Origin: Desulfurococcaceae archaeon
GTDB lineage: Archaea > Thermoproteota > Thermoprotei_A > Sulfolobales > Desulfurococcaceae
NCBI GenBank assembly: GCA_038888155.1
Contig: JAWAJB010000003.1
Span: forward strand, 90,384 to 154,383
Length of the DNA stretch: 64,000 nucleotides
Direction: 5' to 3'
In this document: positions 8,921 to 19,375 of the stretch, in pieces
Position numbering within the stretch: the first letter of the stretch is position 1
Layout: every line of letters starts with the position of its first letter
Program-made: the position numbers and the translations under genes
The notes under the pieces: generated by a model
What the model was told of the DNA's origin: nothing
Databases searched by the model: none
Seen by the model: only the letters and a program-made list of their open reading frames with translations

Positions 8921-9015
8921 CGTAGAGATTAACTCCTCGTTTAGTTACTGTAGCCTGTTACTATTCACATTTAACCTACGCTTTGCATTAATATTTTAGT
9001 GTCGCGGTTAATAAA

Positions 9016-9261
9016 ATGGGTAGGAGGAAAGGAGCAATAGAGGAGTGGCTAAAAAAGGTTTTCTTTAGTGGGCACAAAGAGCAATATATTGTCTTTGTAA
9101 AGCACAGATCGGACGGCGAAGAGACCTTAAAGCCCATTCCAGGCGATTTAATTGAGGATGTAAGAGGGGGCTGTATCTTTATTGGAGATGAGGTAATACC
9201 GTATCACAGAGTAGTGGAGATTAGGACAAAAAAAGGAGCTGTTATTTATAGAAGAGGTTAG
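9016..9261 (+). CDS. UPF0248/DUF504-family small protein
   Basis: An 81 aa ORF with a C-terminal ...VIPYHRVVEIRTKKGAVIYRR, matching the IP-x-HRI...G-x-[VI]-[IW]-x-R signature of this archaeal family. Confidence 0.55.
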   Translation: MGRRKGAIEEWLKKVFFSGHKEQYIVFVKHRSDGEETLKPIPGDLIEDVRGGCIFIGDEVIPYHRVVEIRTKKGAVIYRRG

Positions 9262-10565
9262 ATCCAGCCGCGCAGCTTCATAGCCTTAACTACTCTATCC
9301 ACAGCAATAGCGTAGGCAGCTGTCCTCATTGGGTACTTTGATAGCCTCTTCTGCCAGTCGTCGAAAACTCTGTGGAAGTTGTTAGACATCATTTTGTCCA
9401 ACCTTGCAAGGGCCTCATCGTCTGTTAACCAGCATCCCATCTTGTTGTGGCTCCACTCTATCCAGCTCATTGTAACGCCTCCAGCGTTAGCCAGTATATC
9501 TGGTATAACTACTGTTCCCTTTTCATGTAATATCTGATCTGCATCTGGGGTTGTCGGTCCATTAGCACCCTCTGCTATGATCTTTGCCTTTACCCTAGGC
9601 GCGTTCTGCGCCGTGATAACATTCTCAATAGCTGCTGGCACTAGAATATCAACGGGGATTTCAAGTAGCTCCATGTGGTTGCCGAAGGCCTTAACGTCAC
9701 CCTTCTTGTAGCTTGTTACGCTGTCAGTTGCCTGTTTGACCTTCATAGCTTCATCTACATCAATCCCCTTGGGGTCGTATATGTAGCCTTTGCTATCGCT
9801 TACTGCTACTACGGTAGCTCCCCACTCCGCTAGGTACTTAGCTGCATATGAGCCTACGTTGCCAAAGCCGTGCACTGCAACTGTTCTACCCTCTAGCCCT
9901 CCGAAAACCTTTTTAGCTGCCTCTCTAGCCGCTAACGCAACGCCGTATCCAGTTGAGATAACTCTTGCGCGTAGTCCTCCAATGTCGGCTGGTTTAGCTG
10001 TTACTACGCCCCAAGCTGGGTATCCGACTATTTTGCTGTATTCATCAAAGTACCACGCCATTGTCTGTGGGTTTGTATACACGTCTGGTGCAGGTATATC
10101 GAGGTTTTCGCCTACCTCGCGGGCTATTCCCGCGAAGTACTTTCTGCTGAGATCCTCTATCTCTCTAGCGCTGAGCTCTTTGGGGTTAACTCTTACACCT
10201 CCCTTGCCTCCACCATAAGGTAGGCCTGCTAGGGCGTTTTTCCAAGTCATCCACATCGATAGAGCAACGGTTTCTCCAGCAGTTACGTTCTCGCCGTACC
10301 TCACTCCTCCCTTGTAGGGGCCTAGCGCGCTGTTGTGTTGGCTTCTCCAGCCAAGGTAAGTAGCAATTTTTCCATTGTCGCGCTTGATAGTTATCTTCAC
10401 TTGTACTAGCTTCTCAGGATGGGATAAGACCTCAACTACTTCGTCCGACAGCCCAAGGATGCTGGCGAACTCGCGTAGTTGTTTTACTGCCATTTGATAA
10501 ACTGGGTCTTTTTCATACGAGTATCCATGTTCAGACATAGCACTTCCCTTTACTATATATGGCAA
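9258..10565 (-). CDS. gdhA: glutamate dehydrogenase
   Basis: GPYKGGVRY and LPYGGGKGG (the catalytic Lys region) are present, with a GFGNVG Rossmann motif. An alternative ATG start lies at 10538 (MSEHGY...). Confidence 0.93.
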   Translation of the reverse strand: MPYIVKGSAMSEHGYSYEKDPVYQMAVKQLREFASILGLSDEVVEVLSHPEKLVQVKITIKRDNGKIATYLGWRSQHNSALGPYKGGVRYGENVTAGETVALSMWMTWKNALAGLPYGGGKGGVRVNPKELSAREIEDLSRKYFAGIAREVGENLDIPAPDVYTNPQTMAWYFDEYSKIVGYPAWGVVTAKPADIGGLRARVISTGYGVALAAREAAKKVFGGLEGRTVAVHGFGNVGSYAAKYLAEWGATVVAVSDSKGYIYDPKGIDVDEAMKVKQATDSVTSYKKGDVKAFGNHMELLEIPVDILVPAAIENVITAQNAPRVKAKIIAEGANGPTTPDADQILHEKGTVVIPDILANAGGVTMSWIEWSHNKMGCWLTDDEALARLDKMMSNNFHRVFDDWQKRLSKYPMRTAAYAIAVDRVVKAMKLRGWI

Positions 10566-10750
10566 CCGGGTTTAAAAACATGCTTTAGTTATACAGTTAT
10601 ATATATATGATAACCTCAATCAAATGATAAATTACAGATTTTATTGCAAAGTATATAGACATATATAGATATTTATGCATATCAGCCCTCACACGGCTCC
10701 TCACAGTAGCCCTCGGAACCGAAGTCGCTCATCACCGTAAAGGTAATATA

Positions 10751-11329
10751 TTGGTATCCTTTAATATTTATCGTGGTGTCTCGATGAAGCCAGCAATTCT
10801 AGTTATTGACATGCTAAAGGAGTTTGTATACGGTAGGTTAAAGAGCCCTACGGCGCCGGCAATAATTCCAGCAGTAAAGGCGCTAGTAGAGAAAGCCCGC
10901 TCGAAAAATATCCCAGTGATCTACCTCCTCGACAGGCACTATCCCTTCGATAGGGAGGTCAATTTATGGGGCCTTCACGCTATGGTTGGGGACAGCGAGG
11001 CTGAGGTAGTAGACGAGTTGAAGCCCAGTAGCGGAGACTTAGTCCTATACAAGAGATCATATACTGGATTCCGCGACACGGGCCTTGAGGGAATCCTTAG
11101 GGATCTAGGCAGAGATACTGTTGTTTTAACGGGCATTCACACGCATATATGCGTTTTACACACTGCAATAGATGCGTATTACGCTGGATTCAACGTTGTA
11201 GTAGTCAAGGACGCCGTAGCCGCTTTTAGCCAGGAGGATCACGACTACGCAATTAAGTACATGGAGAAGATACTTGGAGCTAAGCTGATTGATACAACTG
11301 AAGCCCTCGCTCAGTTAAGCAACCTTTAG
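10751..11329 (+). CDS. isochorismatase-family cysteine hydrolase (nicotinamidase-like); likely start is ATG at 10784
   Basis: MKPAILVIDMLKEF..., a conserved Lys region and THICVLHTA with the catalytic Cys are present. TATA-like TTAATATTTA at 10761-10770 favours the internal ATG. Confidence 0.75.
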   Translation: MVSFNIYRGVSMKPAILVIDMLKEFVYGRLKSPTAPAIIPAVKALVEKARSKNIPVIYLLDRHYPFDREVNLWGLHAMVGDSEAEVVDELKPSSGDLVLYKRSYTGFRDTGLEGILRDLGRDTVVLTGIHTHICVLHTAIDAYYAGFNVVVVKDAVAAFSQEDHDYAIKYMEKILGAKLIDTTEALAQLSNL

Positions 11330-12120
11330 TGGCACTTCTTCTTCCAGTGTTCAATGATATCCCCTTCAACAGGACTCGGCTTTGCAAGTATAACTACGCT
11401 GTGCGGCGGCGGGGGGTATGCGTAGCCCTTAATGTCTACAAGCGAACCAACGCATATTTTCTCGTCCTTCCAACCCAAGCGGGCAACCCCAAGCGATAGC
11501 TGTTTCTCTAGGATACCCCCCTCGTCTAGGTAGAGCAGTATATCTACAGCTTCACTGATGGTCATGAACTTCAATTCATCTACCCTTAGATCCAACAAGA
11601 CAATAGTGTGGAGATTTCTCTGGAGATTGCCGTAAATAGCCTCAAGCGTGCTATAGGGCTTAAAAGAAGTTGGATACACTAGGGTAACGTGTTTCCCAAA
11701 CCTGTAGGACTGTAGCCCCAGCCTGCTATACGCCATTGTTATAAACGAGATTCCGTTAACGATCTTCACCTCGACGCCCTGCTTAGTTGCTTCGCTAAGT
11801 AGCGCGTCGTGAGTTGTCGCAATGAACGGATCGCCAGGTACAGCTATTACGACTTTCCTGCCCTTAGCTTCTTCCACAACCCTCCTCATAGAATCGCCCT
11901 CTAGGTCTCGCCTACTAGCGTACACGTACTTGGCTTGTGGATTAAAAGACTCGATCTCGGCAAGGGGGTCCTCGTACATAGACGTGTATGTATCGACGAA
12001 CACGATATCGGCTGTTTTCAGCTCCTCGAGGGCCTCTAATGTTAAGTGCCTAGTTGAGTAGCCTAAGCCAATGAAAACCAACATGGTCGACGCTGTCCCT
12101 CCAAATACCAGGTATATCAA
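11326..12120 (-). CDS. dphB: diphthine synthase
   Basis: MLVFIGLGY...TLEALEELKTADIVFVDTYTS and the tetrapyrrole-methylase fold pattern (VPGDPF) are present. The likely start is ATG at 12084. Confidence 0.85.
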   Translation of the reverse strand: MIYLVFGGTASTMLVFIGLGYSTRHLTLEALEELKTADIVFVDTYTSMYEDPLAEIESFNPQAKYVYASRRDLEGDSMRRVVEEAKGRKVVIAVPGDPFIATTHDALLSEATKQGVEVKIVNGISFITMAYSRLGLQSYRFGKHVTLVYPTSFKPYSTLEAIYGNLQRNLHTIVLLDLRVDELKFMTISEAVDILLYLDEGGILEKQLSLGVARLGWKDEKICVGSLVDIKGYAYPPPPHSVVILAKPSPVEGDIIEHWKKKCH

Positions 12121-12315
12121 GGGCGTCGTTGCTTAAAGTCTTGCATCCCTGAATTTCTGTATCCACGCCAATGAGTTAGACGCTGAAGGGCCCTTGGTCC
12201 CCTCAGGAGGCGACTTAGAAAAGACCGCTTCTAATTCCCACAGCAGAACTCTAGTTAAATACTTGCTCAACACTTAATTTTTGGCTTTAAGCATTAAAGT
12301 CCTCTAGGTGTAGCC

Positions 12316-13104
12316 ATGAGCCACGTATTCGTTAAGTTGGGAGGGAGCTTTATTACGCATAAGGATAAGCCAGTAAGTGTTAACTACCACGCACTTAAGC
12401 ACTTGAGGGAAATCTTCAGGGCTGTGCTTAGGCAACAGGGCATAAGTGTTCTAGTGGGCAACGGGGGCGGTAGCTTCGCTCACTACACTGTCCTAAAGTA
12501 CGCTAATACCTGCAACAAAGCGCTGTTAGTTAAATGCCATGAGTCTACTAGAATGCTCAATAGGATGATTGTCGACTACTTGTTGGAAAGCGAGATCTTG
12601 GCTACGAGCGTTCAAACGAGTAGCATTGTGTACTACGATGAGAGCTCACAGGACATAGACGTCTTCACTAAGCCTGTTGAAGTCCTCTTGAGCTTGGGAA
12701 TAATCCCAGTGGTTTACGGCGATTGCGTGCCAACTCTGAGTAAGCCAATTATAGTTTCAACCGAGAGGCTGTTCGAGCTTATCGCGAGGTATATAAAGCC
12801 GAGGAGAATAGTCCTTTTAAGCGATGTAGGCGGAGTTTATACGTGTGATCCTAAGGCTTGCGAGAACCCCGTAGTTATAAACAGGATAACGCCCTCCAAT
12901 ATAGCTGAAGTGCTTAAAGTACTAGAGCAAAGTAAACACGCTGATGCAACAGGCGGAATGTTCACTAAGGTACAGTATATGAGCAGGTTAGCTGTGAAGC
13001 TTGGGATAGATGTCGTGATAACGTCGGGGTTTGACGTAGAATCTTCAGTTTCAGCAATTCTTGGGGGAGAGCCTCTAAGGGGGACAGTAATAGCCCCCAG
13101 CTAG
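12316..13104 (+). CDS. isopentenyl phosphate kinase (amino-acid kinase fold)
   Basis: KLGGSFIT, GNGGGSFAH and DATGGM match archaeal IPK signatures. Length is 262 aa. Confidence 0.8.
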   Translation: MSHVFVKLGGSFITHKDKPVSVNYHALKHLREIFRAVLRQQGISVLVGNGGGSFAHYTVLKYANTCNKALLVKCHESTRMLNRMIVDYLLESEILATSVQTSSIVYYDESSQDIDVFTKPVEVLLSLGIIPVVYGDCVPTLSKPIIVSTERLFELIARYIKPRRIVLLSDVGGVYTCDPKACENPVVINRITPSNIAEVLKVLEQSKHADATGGMFTKVQYMSRLAVKLGIDVVITSGFDVESSVSAILGGEPLRGTVIAPS

Positions 13105-13290
13105 GGGCCCCTCAACTGCATGCGTAGCCTCTGAGCTAGCCTACTAGGAGCGCATTGTCAATTAATCCCTAGCTCTCTTGCCTGTTTTTGAGTGTAGCTT
13201 TGAGTTGCAACCTGGGCTACTCCAAACTTATGATCTCCATTGATATCTTTAAATAACCTTGTCAAGTAATTATCTTGAAGGTGCTATGCC

Positions 13291-13512
13291 TTGCCCAAAA
13301 GACAAGCAGTGTTGTTGAGAAACGAGCTAGACAAACTGGGCTTAGAGCTACTGGATGTCTACAGCTACAAAGAGGGCGACTTCATAAGAGCGCTCAATAG
13401 GCAAACAGGCAGAGTGCACGTTCACAAGAGCACAAGAAAAATAACTGCCTTGACCTCTATGGATGACATCAAAGAGCTAGCTTCTAGCATAGCAGGGCGC
13501 AGGTCAAGATAG
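13291..13512 (+). CDS. hypothetical small protein
   Basis: A 73 aa ORF with a TTG start. Its 3' end overlaps the end of cysS in convergent orientation. Confidence 0.3.
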   Translation: MPKRQAVLLRNELDKLGLELLDVYSYKEGDFIRALNRQTGRVHVHKSTRKITALTSMDDIKELASSIAGRRSR

Positions 13513-14961
13513 TTGCTTTTTCGCTTTAATCCAGCTTGTTTCAAGCCCCTTGTCCATTAGCTGTATGCCCACGCGTGTTAGCTCATTTCTAATGCTATCT
13601 GATAGATCGTAGATGCCGCGCTTCCTCAGCTCTCTCCTAGTTTCAACAAGTATTTTTAATACCTCGTTGAGCAGTAGATCAGCCTCTGAGACCCCCTCCT
13701 CTTCAACAGCGGTGAAGACGTAGTTAAATGACCTTAGAGCTCTAAGGGCTAGTGAAGTTAAGAAGTACTTGGGGTTATACTGTATTTCCCGGAATACTAC
13801 AGTCAGTAGCTCGCTTACGGTAGCAATTGCCTGCGGGGTATTAAAGTCGCTACTGAGGCTTTCGTAGAACTCGTTGTTGATTTCAATGAGCCTCCTAGCC
13901 AGCTTTATGTCATTGTCATTTAAGTAGTGCATATCGCGAGCTTCTGCCCCCAGCTTCTTCAACAAGTCATATGCAGCTACCAGCCTCTCTTTTAATCTCA
14001 TGGCTTGCTCTAAGTTCTCCTCTGTAAAGCTCAGCGGCTTCCTGTAGTGAACGTGTAGGTACCATAGCCGCAGTGCGCTGTAGTCCCACTTTGCTAATGC
14101 CTCCCTTAGCGGCACTATGTTTCCAAGGCTCTTGCTCATCTTGTCTTGGCCGATCATAACAAGGCCCGTGTGCATCCATATTGAAACCCACGGCCTAGCT
14201 CCGAAAAGAGCCTCGCTCTGAGCGCGCTCGTTCTCGTGGTGAGGAAAGATCAAGTCTGTGCCCCCTCCGTGTATATCAAACCTGCCCCCCAAGTAGCGTG
14301 AGCTCATAACGCTGCACTCGATATGCCAGCCCGGCCTCCCCTTTCCCCACGGGCTATCCCAGTAAGGCTCGCCTGGTTTTGCCCTCTTCCATAGAACGAA
14401 GTCGTATGGGGCTTTCTTGTCGAGTAAGAACTCCTTCTCTTGATCCCACAGCTCTTTTTCACTCCTGCCCGAGAGTCTACCGTAGTCATCATACTTATCT
14501 ACTTCGAAGTAAACGCTACCGCTTGGTCCCACGTAGGCGTAGCCCTTATCTATTAGTTGTTGCACGAAATCTATGATCTCCCTGATGTGTTGAGTTACTC
14601 GAGGGTGATGATCAACACTTATGCGCAACTTGTTGAGCACCTCAAGGTAGTCTCTCGTGTACTCGTCTGCTATTTCGCTCCAGCTCCTGTTAGTCTCATT
14701 GGCCCTCCTAATGATCTTGTCGTCAATATCAGTTATGTTCATTACGTGTACGACGTTGTAGCCTCTCAGCGCTAGGTATTTCTTCAGTGCATCATATACA
14801 ACATAGGTCCTTCCGTGCCCGAGGTGAGTGTAGTCATATACTGTTGGGCCGCACACGTAAATTTTGACTAAGTTCTGCTCTGCAGGCTCAAGCAGTTTCT
14901 CGCCTTTACTTAACGTGTCATAGAGCTTAATTTTCTCGAAGTGTGACACAATCCTAATCAA
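13504..14961 (-). CDS. cysS: cysteinyl-tRNA synthetase
   Basis: CGPTVYDYTHLGHGRTY carries the HIGH motif and KMSKSLGN the KMSKS motif. WHIEC is also present. Confidence 0.95.
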   Translation of the reverse strand: MIRIVSHFEKIKLYDTLSKGEKLLEPAEQNLVKIYVCGPTVYDYTHLGHGRTYVVYDALKKYLALRGYNVVHVMNITDIDDKIIRRANETNRSWSEIADEYTRDYLEVLNKLRISVDHHPRVTQHIREIIDFVQQLIDKGYAYVGPSGSVYFEVDKYDDYGRLSGRSEKELWDQEKEFLLDKKAPYDFVLWKRAKPGEPYWDSPWGKGRPGWHIECSVMSSRYLGGRFDIHGGGTDLIFPHHENERAQSEALFGARPWVSIWMHTGLVMIGQDKMSKSLGNIVPLREALAKWDYSALRLWYLHVHYRKPLSFTEENLEQAMRLKERLVAAYDLLKKLGAEARDMHYLNDNDIKLARRLIEINNEFYESLSSDFNTPQAIATVSELLTVVFREIQYNPKYFLTSLALRALRSFNYVFTAVEEEGVSEADLLLNEVLKILVETRRELRKRGIYDLSDSIRNELTRVGIQLMDKGLETSWIKAKKQLS

Positions 14962-15692
14962 CCCCTGTAATATCTATCAAATACCTCCATTAAAACTCCT
15001 CCAACTCTAATAAATTCCTCTGTGAGCCCCTTAGTAAAAAAGCTTCTGTATGCTTCCTTATCGTGCAAAACGTTGCTTACGATGAGAACGCAGGCTGCCT
15101 CAAATCCCCGCATCCACCCAAGGATAAATAAAGTTGCAGCCTCCATTTCTACGGCTATTACCCCGTACTGGCTCATTGACTCTGCGAGCTTGGGCGACTC
15201 AGCGTAAAAAGCATCGCTTGTAAATACAGGTCCGCACTTGTACGCGATGTTGTTTTCCTCGAGCAGGTCCATTACTCGGCTAGTCAACCTGGGGTGTGAG
15301 CCTGTTGCTCCGCAGAGACCGGGCATGTACTGACCGATAGTACACCCGCCCGTATGGTAGACTGAGGAAGTAGCCACGACAACGTCGCCCACTCTAGTGT
15401 CGCTCCTTATTCCTCCAGCAGTTCCAAACCTTATTATTCTCTTGGCCCCAAGGGCCTTGAGCTCCTCGAACACCATAGCAGCGCTTGGTCCCCCAATGCC
15501 GTGATTTGCTAAGGTCACTCTCGTGCTCTTGTAGAAGCCAGTAATTACCTTAAAGCCTCTATAAGTGTTTACAACCTTGGCATCAGTCAAAACACTTGAG
15601 AGGATCTCGACTCTAGCGGGGTCCCCGCACGCTATTACGTTGGGCGCTATATCTTGGCTGGGCGCCTTAATTAGCACAGGCAAGGTGAACAC
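14958..15692 (-). CDS. nucleoside phosphorylase (PNP/UDP family)
   Basis: GDPARVE, HGIGGPSAA, RFGTAGG and VEMEAATL are present. The gene overlaps the cysS start by 4 nt. Confidence 0.85.
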   Translation of the reverse strand: MFTLPVLIKAPSQDIAPNVIACGDPARVEILSSVLTDAKVVNTYRGFKVITGFYKSTRVTLANHGIGGPSAAMVFEELKALGAKRIIRFGTAGGIRSDTRVGDVVVATSSVYHTGGCTIGQYMPGLCGATGSHPRLTSRVMDLLEENNIAYKCGPVFTSDAFYAESPKLAESMSQYGVIAVEMEAATLFILGWMRGFEAACVLIVSNVLHDKEAYRSFFTKGLTEEFIRVGGVLMEVFDRYYRG

Positions 15693-16253
15693 CTACCTCT
15701 TGCGTTGCTTCTTCTTCCTCCCGCTGCGCTTCCTTTTCTTTTTGCGTTGCCTGCGCTCCCTGACCTTTGGCTGAACTAGCTCGTGCGGAAAAACTACCCT
15801 TGTGTCGTCTTCGCCCTCTATTATAGCGAAGTCGTAGCCTCTGTCCCTTACCTCGAGCACTCCGTCATATATGATCATCTGTGAACTGGGCTTGAATTCG
15901 TGGATAGCCTCGCATCTTTCAGCCTCTCTGCACTTAACGAGGAGAATTCTCCTAAGGTAGGAGGGCTTGGGGCTAATTACTGCAAGCCCGCTATCCTGTC
16001 CTCCATCCCCCAACACTACTCTCAGCCCCGGCGTCTCTACCTCAGCCAAGATAAAAGCCCCGCTCGCTCTCTCCTTGATCACGCGCTCAGCGGCTATCTC
16101 GATGAGCTTATCTATAATTTCCGCTTTAGCTACGCCGTTAGGTACTTCGAGGGCTTCCCACTTCTCTTCATCTACGTGGTACCCGGTTATAGTTACAGCA
16201 GGGTCTTCTTGGAGCTTTGTCGACAGTTTGAGTACTCTGGTCATGACCTGCAA
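15693..16253 (-). CDS. hypothetical protein with an extremely basic C-terminal tail
   Basis: A 186 aa ORF whose last 24 residues are KVRERRQRKKKRKRSGRKKKQRKR. Its stop abuts the start of the phosphorylase gene. Confidence 0.55.
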   Translation of the reverse strand: MQVMTRVLKLSTKLQEDPAVTITGYHVDEEKWEALEVPNGVAKAEIIDKLIEIAAERVIKERASGAFILAEVETPGLRVVLGDGGQDSGLAVISPKPSYLRRILLVKCREAERCEAIHEFKPSSQMIIYDGVLEVRDRGYDFAIIEGEDDTRVVFPHELVQPKVRERRQRKKKRKRSGRKKKQRKR

Positions 16254-16311
16254 AAAACTGGCACCCCAGTGGGTAACTATTAAATAACTACGTGAGCATG
16301 CTTAATATCAG

Positions 16312-16809
16312 GTGACAATAATGGAGGTCAGGATTTTTAAAGTCCCAATTAAGATCCCCGAAGGCGCAAATGTCATCATTGCTAGAAGCCATTTTATAAA
16401 AACAGTCGAGGACGTATACGAAGTCCTTGTTACAAGCGTGCCTGGGATAAGGTTCGGTCTTGCGTTCAATGAAGCCAGCGGCAAGAGGCTGGTCAGGCAC
16501 GAAGGGAACGACGAGGAGCTAGTGAAAGCAGCTGTAGAGTCAGCGATGAATATAGGCGCAGGGCACACGTTTGTCCTATATATTAGAAACGCCTACCCCA
16601 TAAATGTTCTGAACCAGCTAAAGAACACTCAAGAGATAGTGTCTTTGCTAGTTGCAACTGCTAACCCAGTTGAAGTGTTAGTTGCAGAGACGTCTCAGGG
16701 CAGGGCCGTTATAGGCGTGGTTGACGGCTACACTCCTCTAGGCGTTGAAAGCGAGGAGGATAGGCGGGAGCGAAAGGAGTTCTTAAGAAGGATAGGCTAC
16801 AAAAAATAG
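16312..16809 (+). CDS. adenosine-specific kinase family protein (PAE2307-like)
   Basis: [55 protein letters not shown] and [20 protein letters not shown] closely match the family consensus as I recall it. Confidence 0.75.
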   Translation: MTIMEVRIFKVPIKIPEGANVIIARSHFIKTVEDVYEVLVTSVPGIRFGLAFNEASGKRLVRHEGNDEELVKAAVESAMNIGAGHTFVLYIRNAYPINVLNQLKNTQEIVSLLVATANPVEVLVAETSQGRAVIGVVDGYTPLGVESEEDRRERKEFLRRIGYKK

Positions 16810-16871
16810 CTCTATTGTACTGCAGTTACGTAATTAAACGCAGCATTAGGAGGGAAGCCCAGCGCTCATTG

Positions 16872-17195
16872 CTAGTAGCCAGTGTTGGATTCGCTAACAA
16901 CGTCTACAACGTGTGCTATTACTACGTCTTCTTGCACTTTAAATACCTTAACTTTTACCCTTGAGCCGCTTGTCGCGTTAGGTATAATGATTTTTTTATC
17001 CTTATAGTACACAACCCCCTGTCCCTTTTCGTTAATGTCGTAGACTTCAACTGTTAGAGTATCGCCTACTTTAATTATAGGGCGCTCTTGCGTTTTAATT
17101 GGCGGGTATATGCTGAACCTCTGTATGTTGCTAGTATATGGATTCCATTTATTTTTCTTGTTGTATCTCGACACATTCACACACTTTATAGCCAT
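16872..17195 (-). CDS. TRAM-domain protein
   Basis: The C-terminal VGDTLTVEVYDINEKGQGVVYYKDKKIIIPNATSGSRVKVKVFKV has the typical TRAM beta-barrel pattern. Confidence 0.65.
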   Translation of the reverse strand: MAIKCVNVSRYNKKNKWNPYTSNIQRFSIYPPIKTQERPIIKVGDTLTVEVYDINEKGQGVVYYKDKKIIIPNATSGSRVKVKVFKVQEDVVIAHVVDVVSESNTGY

Positions 17196-17246
17196 GAAAT
17201 CATCATAAATACATGTACTTAAAAACCTTTCGGTGGTGCGCTGAAG

Positions 17247-17879
17247 TTGGACTTTTTAAGGCACATAGTGAACCCCATTATCAATAAGCACATAGAGCTG
17301 AGAACGCTAGAACTAAAGGAGGCTGCAGAGGTAAAGAGAGCGCTTTATCAAGCGGAGGAGAAATACAAGTTCAGCATCTACAATGGAGAGCCCAGCAACT
17401 TGATCCACTTCTTGAACTCCGAGGACTTCGAGACCTTAGTTGAGCTCTTTAAGTCATCCAGCGCGCTAAATGTTCTCGTTGAGATACTAGAAAGGGCGGG
17501 CGAAGTTTATAAGGAAAACAGGTCGCTCTACGAGACAATAAAGTCAGCGCTAAGCCTCATTAAGGGAGGAGACCAGAGCGGGGAGAGAGCTCAAACATTA
17601 CCCCCCGTGGGCGAAGATCTTGGGAAACTAGGCAGCTACCTTGAGAGCTTAGGCGCAAGAAGAGTAGTAGTTGGGGGAAACACGTTGAGAGCTACAGTAA
17701 GCGATGACCTTGAACTAAAGATTAGCGTCTTGAAGAAGAGCATCAAGCTAGAGCTCAAGCTCGCCAGACCTCAAGAAAAGGAGCTGTTATTAGCCAACTT
17801 GAAGAAGGCTGAAAGCTTGTTAGAGAAAATTAGCAGCAACTTAGCTGGTAGAAACTATAAGGTCTCTAGCGATAAATAA
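17247..17879 (+). CDS. hypothetical protein
   Basis: A 210 aa helical, charged ORF with a TTG start and no motif. Confidence 0.4.
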   Translation: MDFLRHIVNPIINKHIELRTLELKEAAEVKRALYQAEEKYKFSIYNGEPSNLIHFLNSEDFETLVELFKSSSALNVLVEILERAGEVYKENRSLYETIKSALSLIKGGDQSGERAQTLPPVGEDLGKLGSYLESLGARRVVVGGNTLRATVSDDLELKISVLKKSIKLELKLARPQEKELLLANLKKAESLLEKISSNLAGRNYKVSSDK

Positions 17880-18237
17880 ACTACCCGCTATCAACCTCCT
17901 AATTAGCGCTCCGGCTTGGCACCCCCTTAACAAGAGCTATTGCTCTCACGTGCTCTGTAAGCTAATACTATTTCATTGCCTTTAGTCCTTTGGGCTTCTC
18001 GCGGATTGCACACGAATGGAATATTAGCGCCCCAAATTGAACCGCGTGAAGGCAAGCAACCTGAGAACATAAGGAACACGAAATATAAACCTATCCCTCC
18101 ACAATCGCGCCACACTCGCTCTCTAACTGCGAAATACCAGGCAACAACTCTAAGGAGAGCTCACTCTAGCCCTGCCCTAGCGTTTAAGTGTAAAGAGCCT
18201 ATAAGAGCACTTTGCTAGACATATAATAGGGGGCTAG

Positions 18238-19371
18238 TTGGTTGACTGGTTTGTCGCAATAGTAAATATCAGGCCTGACGCCATCTCAGTGTGGACAGAT
18301 CCGCATGTGAGGGACAGGCTCTCACACTACTACAGCGTAATGAAGAACGAGAGACCCGCTCGATTCATTTTGGCTAAGCTCACTCCCGTTGACTTAGACT
18401 CGAGCTCTCGCGAGATCCCCCTAAGCGAGTTGTGGAGTATTCACAACAGGGCAAAGCAGGAGTTCAGCAAAATATGCCGCGAATTTCAGGCGAGATCAGT
18501 CAAGCTAGAGGACCACGAGAAGCCGCCGTTCAGCTACCTCGATCTAAAGGCTGTTATAGCACGAAGGCTTATGAGCCCGTGTAGGCTCTGCGAGCGTAAG
18601 TGCGGGGCGTTGAGGGGAGAAGGCAAGATTGGCATGTGCATGGTTGACAAAGATGCAATAGTTCATAGCTACTTCCACCACGTTGGGGAGGAGGCCCCCC
18701 TTGTACCCAGCGGGACAATATTCTACGGAGGCTGTAACTTTAAGTGCGCTTTCTGCCAGAACTACGATATCAGCCAAGTCAAGGCAAGAGAAGGAGAAAG
18801 GCTCTCCCCTCGCGACTTAGCATCAATTCAGGTCTACCTCAGGAGGCGAGGAGCTAGGAACATAAACCACGTTGGCGGGGAGCCAACCCCCCATATACCG
18901 TTTATACTCGAAAGCATGAAGTATTTAGACGTCAACACACCGCAGCTATGGAATAGCAACATGTACATGTCCGAGGAATCCATGAGGCTCCTCGAGGACA
19001 TTATTGATATATGGCTTCCTGACCTAAAATATGGCAACAATGCCTGCGCGTGGAGGCTCAGCAAGGTTAGGGGCTACTGGGAAATAGTTACTAGGAACAT
19101 TAGAAGAGCCCACGAGTGTGGAGATATTATAATAAGGCACCTCGTGCTACCTAACCACATTGAGTGTTGCACTAAGCCAGTCTTGGATTGGATTGCTGCT
19201 AATGCCCCTAGAGCGCTACTTAATATTATGGAGCAGTATAGACCTGAGCATATAGTTGCAAGGTACCCCCATATGTACTCAGATATTGCTAGGAGGCCTA
19301 CGAGGGAGGAGATGATGAGAGCATACCAGATAGCAGATGAGCTAGGGATAGTGTACAAGCCTGTATCATAA
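18238..19371 (+). CDS. radical SAM protein (PflX-like, pyruvate formate-lyase activase-related)
   Basis: CNFKCAFCQNYDIS carries the CxxxCxxC cluster motif, with an upstream Cys cluster CRLCERKCG. Confidence 0.8.
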   Translation: MVDWFVAIVNIRPDAISVWTDPHVRDRLSHYYSVMKNERPARFILAKLTPVDLDSSSREIPLSELWSIHNRAKQEFSKICREFQARSVKLEDHEKPPFSYLDLKAVIARRLMSPCRLCERKCGALRGEGKIGMCMVDKDAIVHSYFHHVGEEAPLVPSGTIFYGGCNFKCAFCQNYDISQVKAREGERLSPRDLASIQVYLRRRGARNINHVGGEPTPHIPFILESMKYLDVNTPQLWNSNMYMSEESMRLLEDIIDIWLPDLKYGNNACAWRLSKVRGYWEIVTRNIRRAHECGDIIIRHLVLPNHIECCTKPVLDWIAANAPRALLNIMEQYRPEHIVARYPHMYSDIARRPTREEMMRAYQIADELGIVYKPVS

Positions 19372-19375
19372 CTAA

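Noticed and set aside
10566-10750. A very AT-rich stretch with alternating TA runs between gdhA and the isochorismatase-like gene, considered as a replication origin.
   Set aside because: There are no ORB or mini-ORB-like repeats and no orc1/cdc6 or whiP gene nearby. It is best explained as a divergent promoter region with several TATA-like elements.
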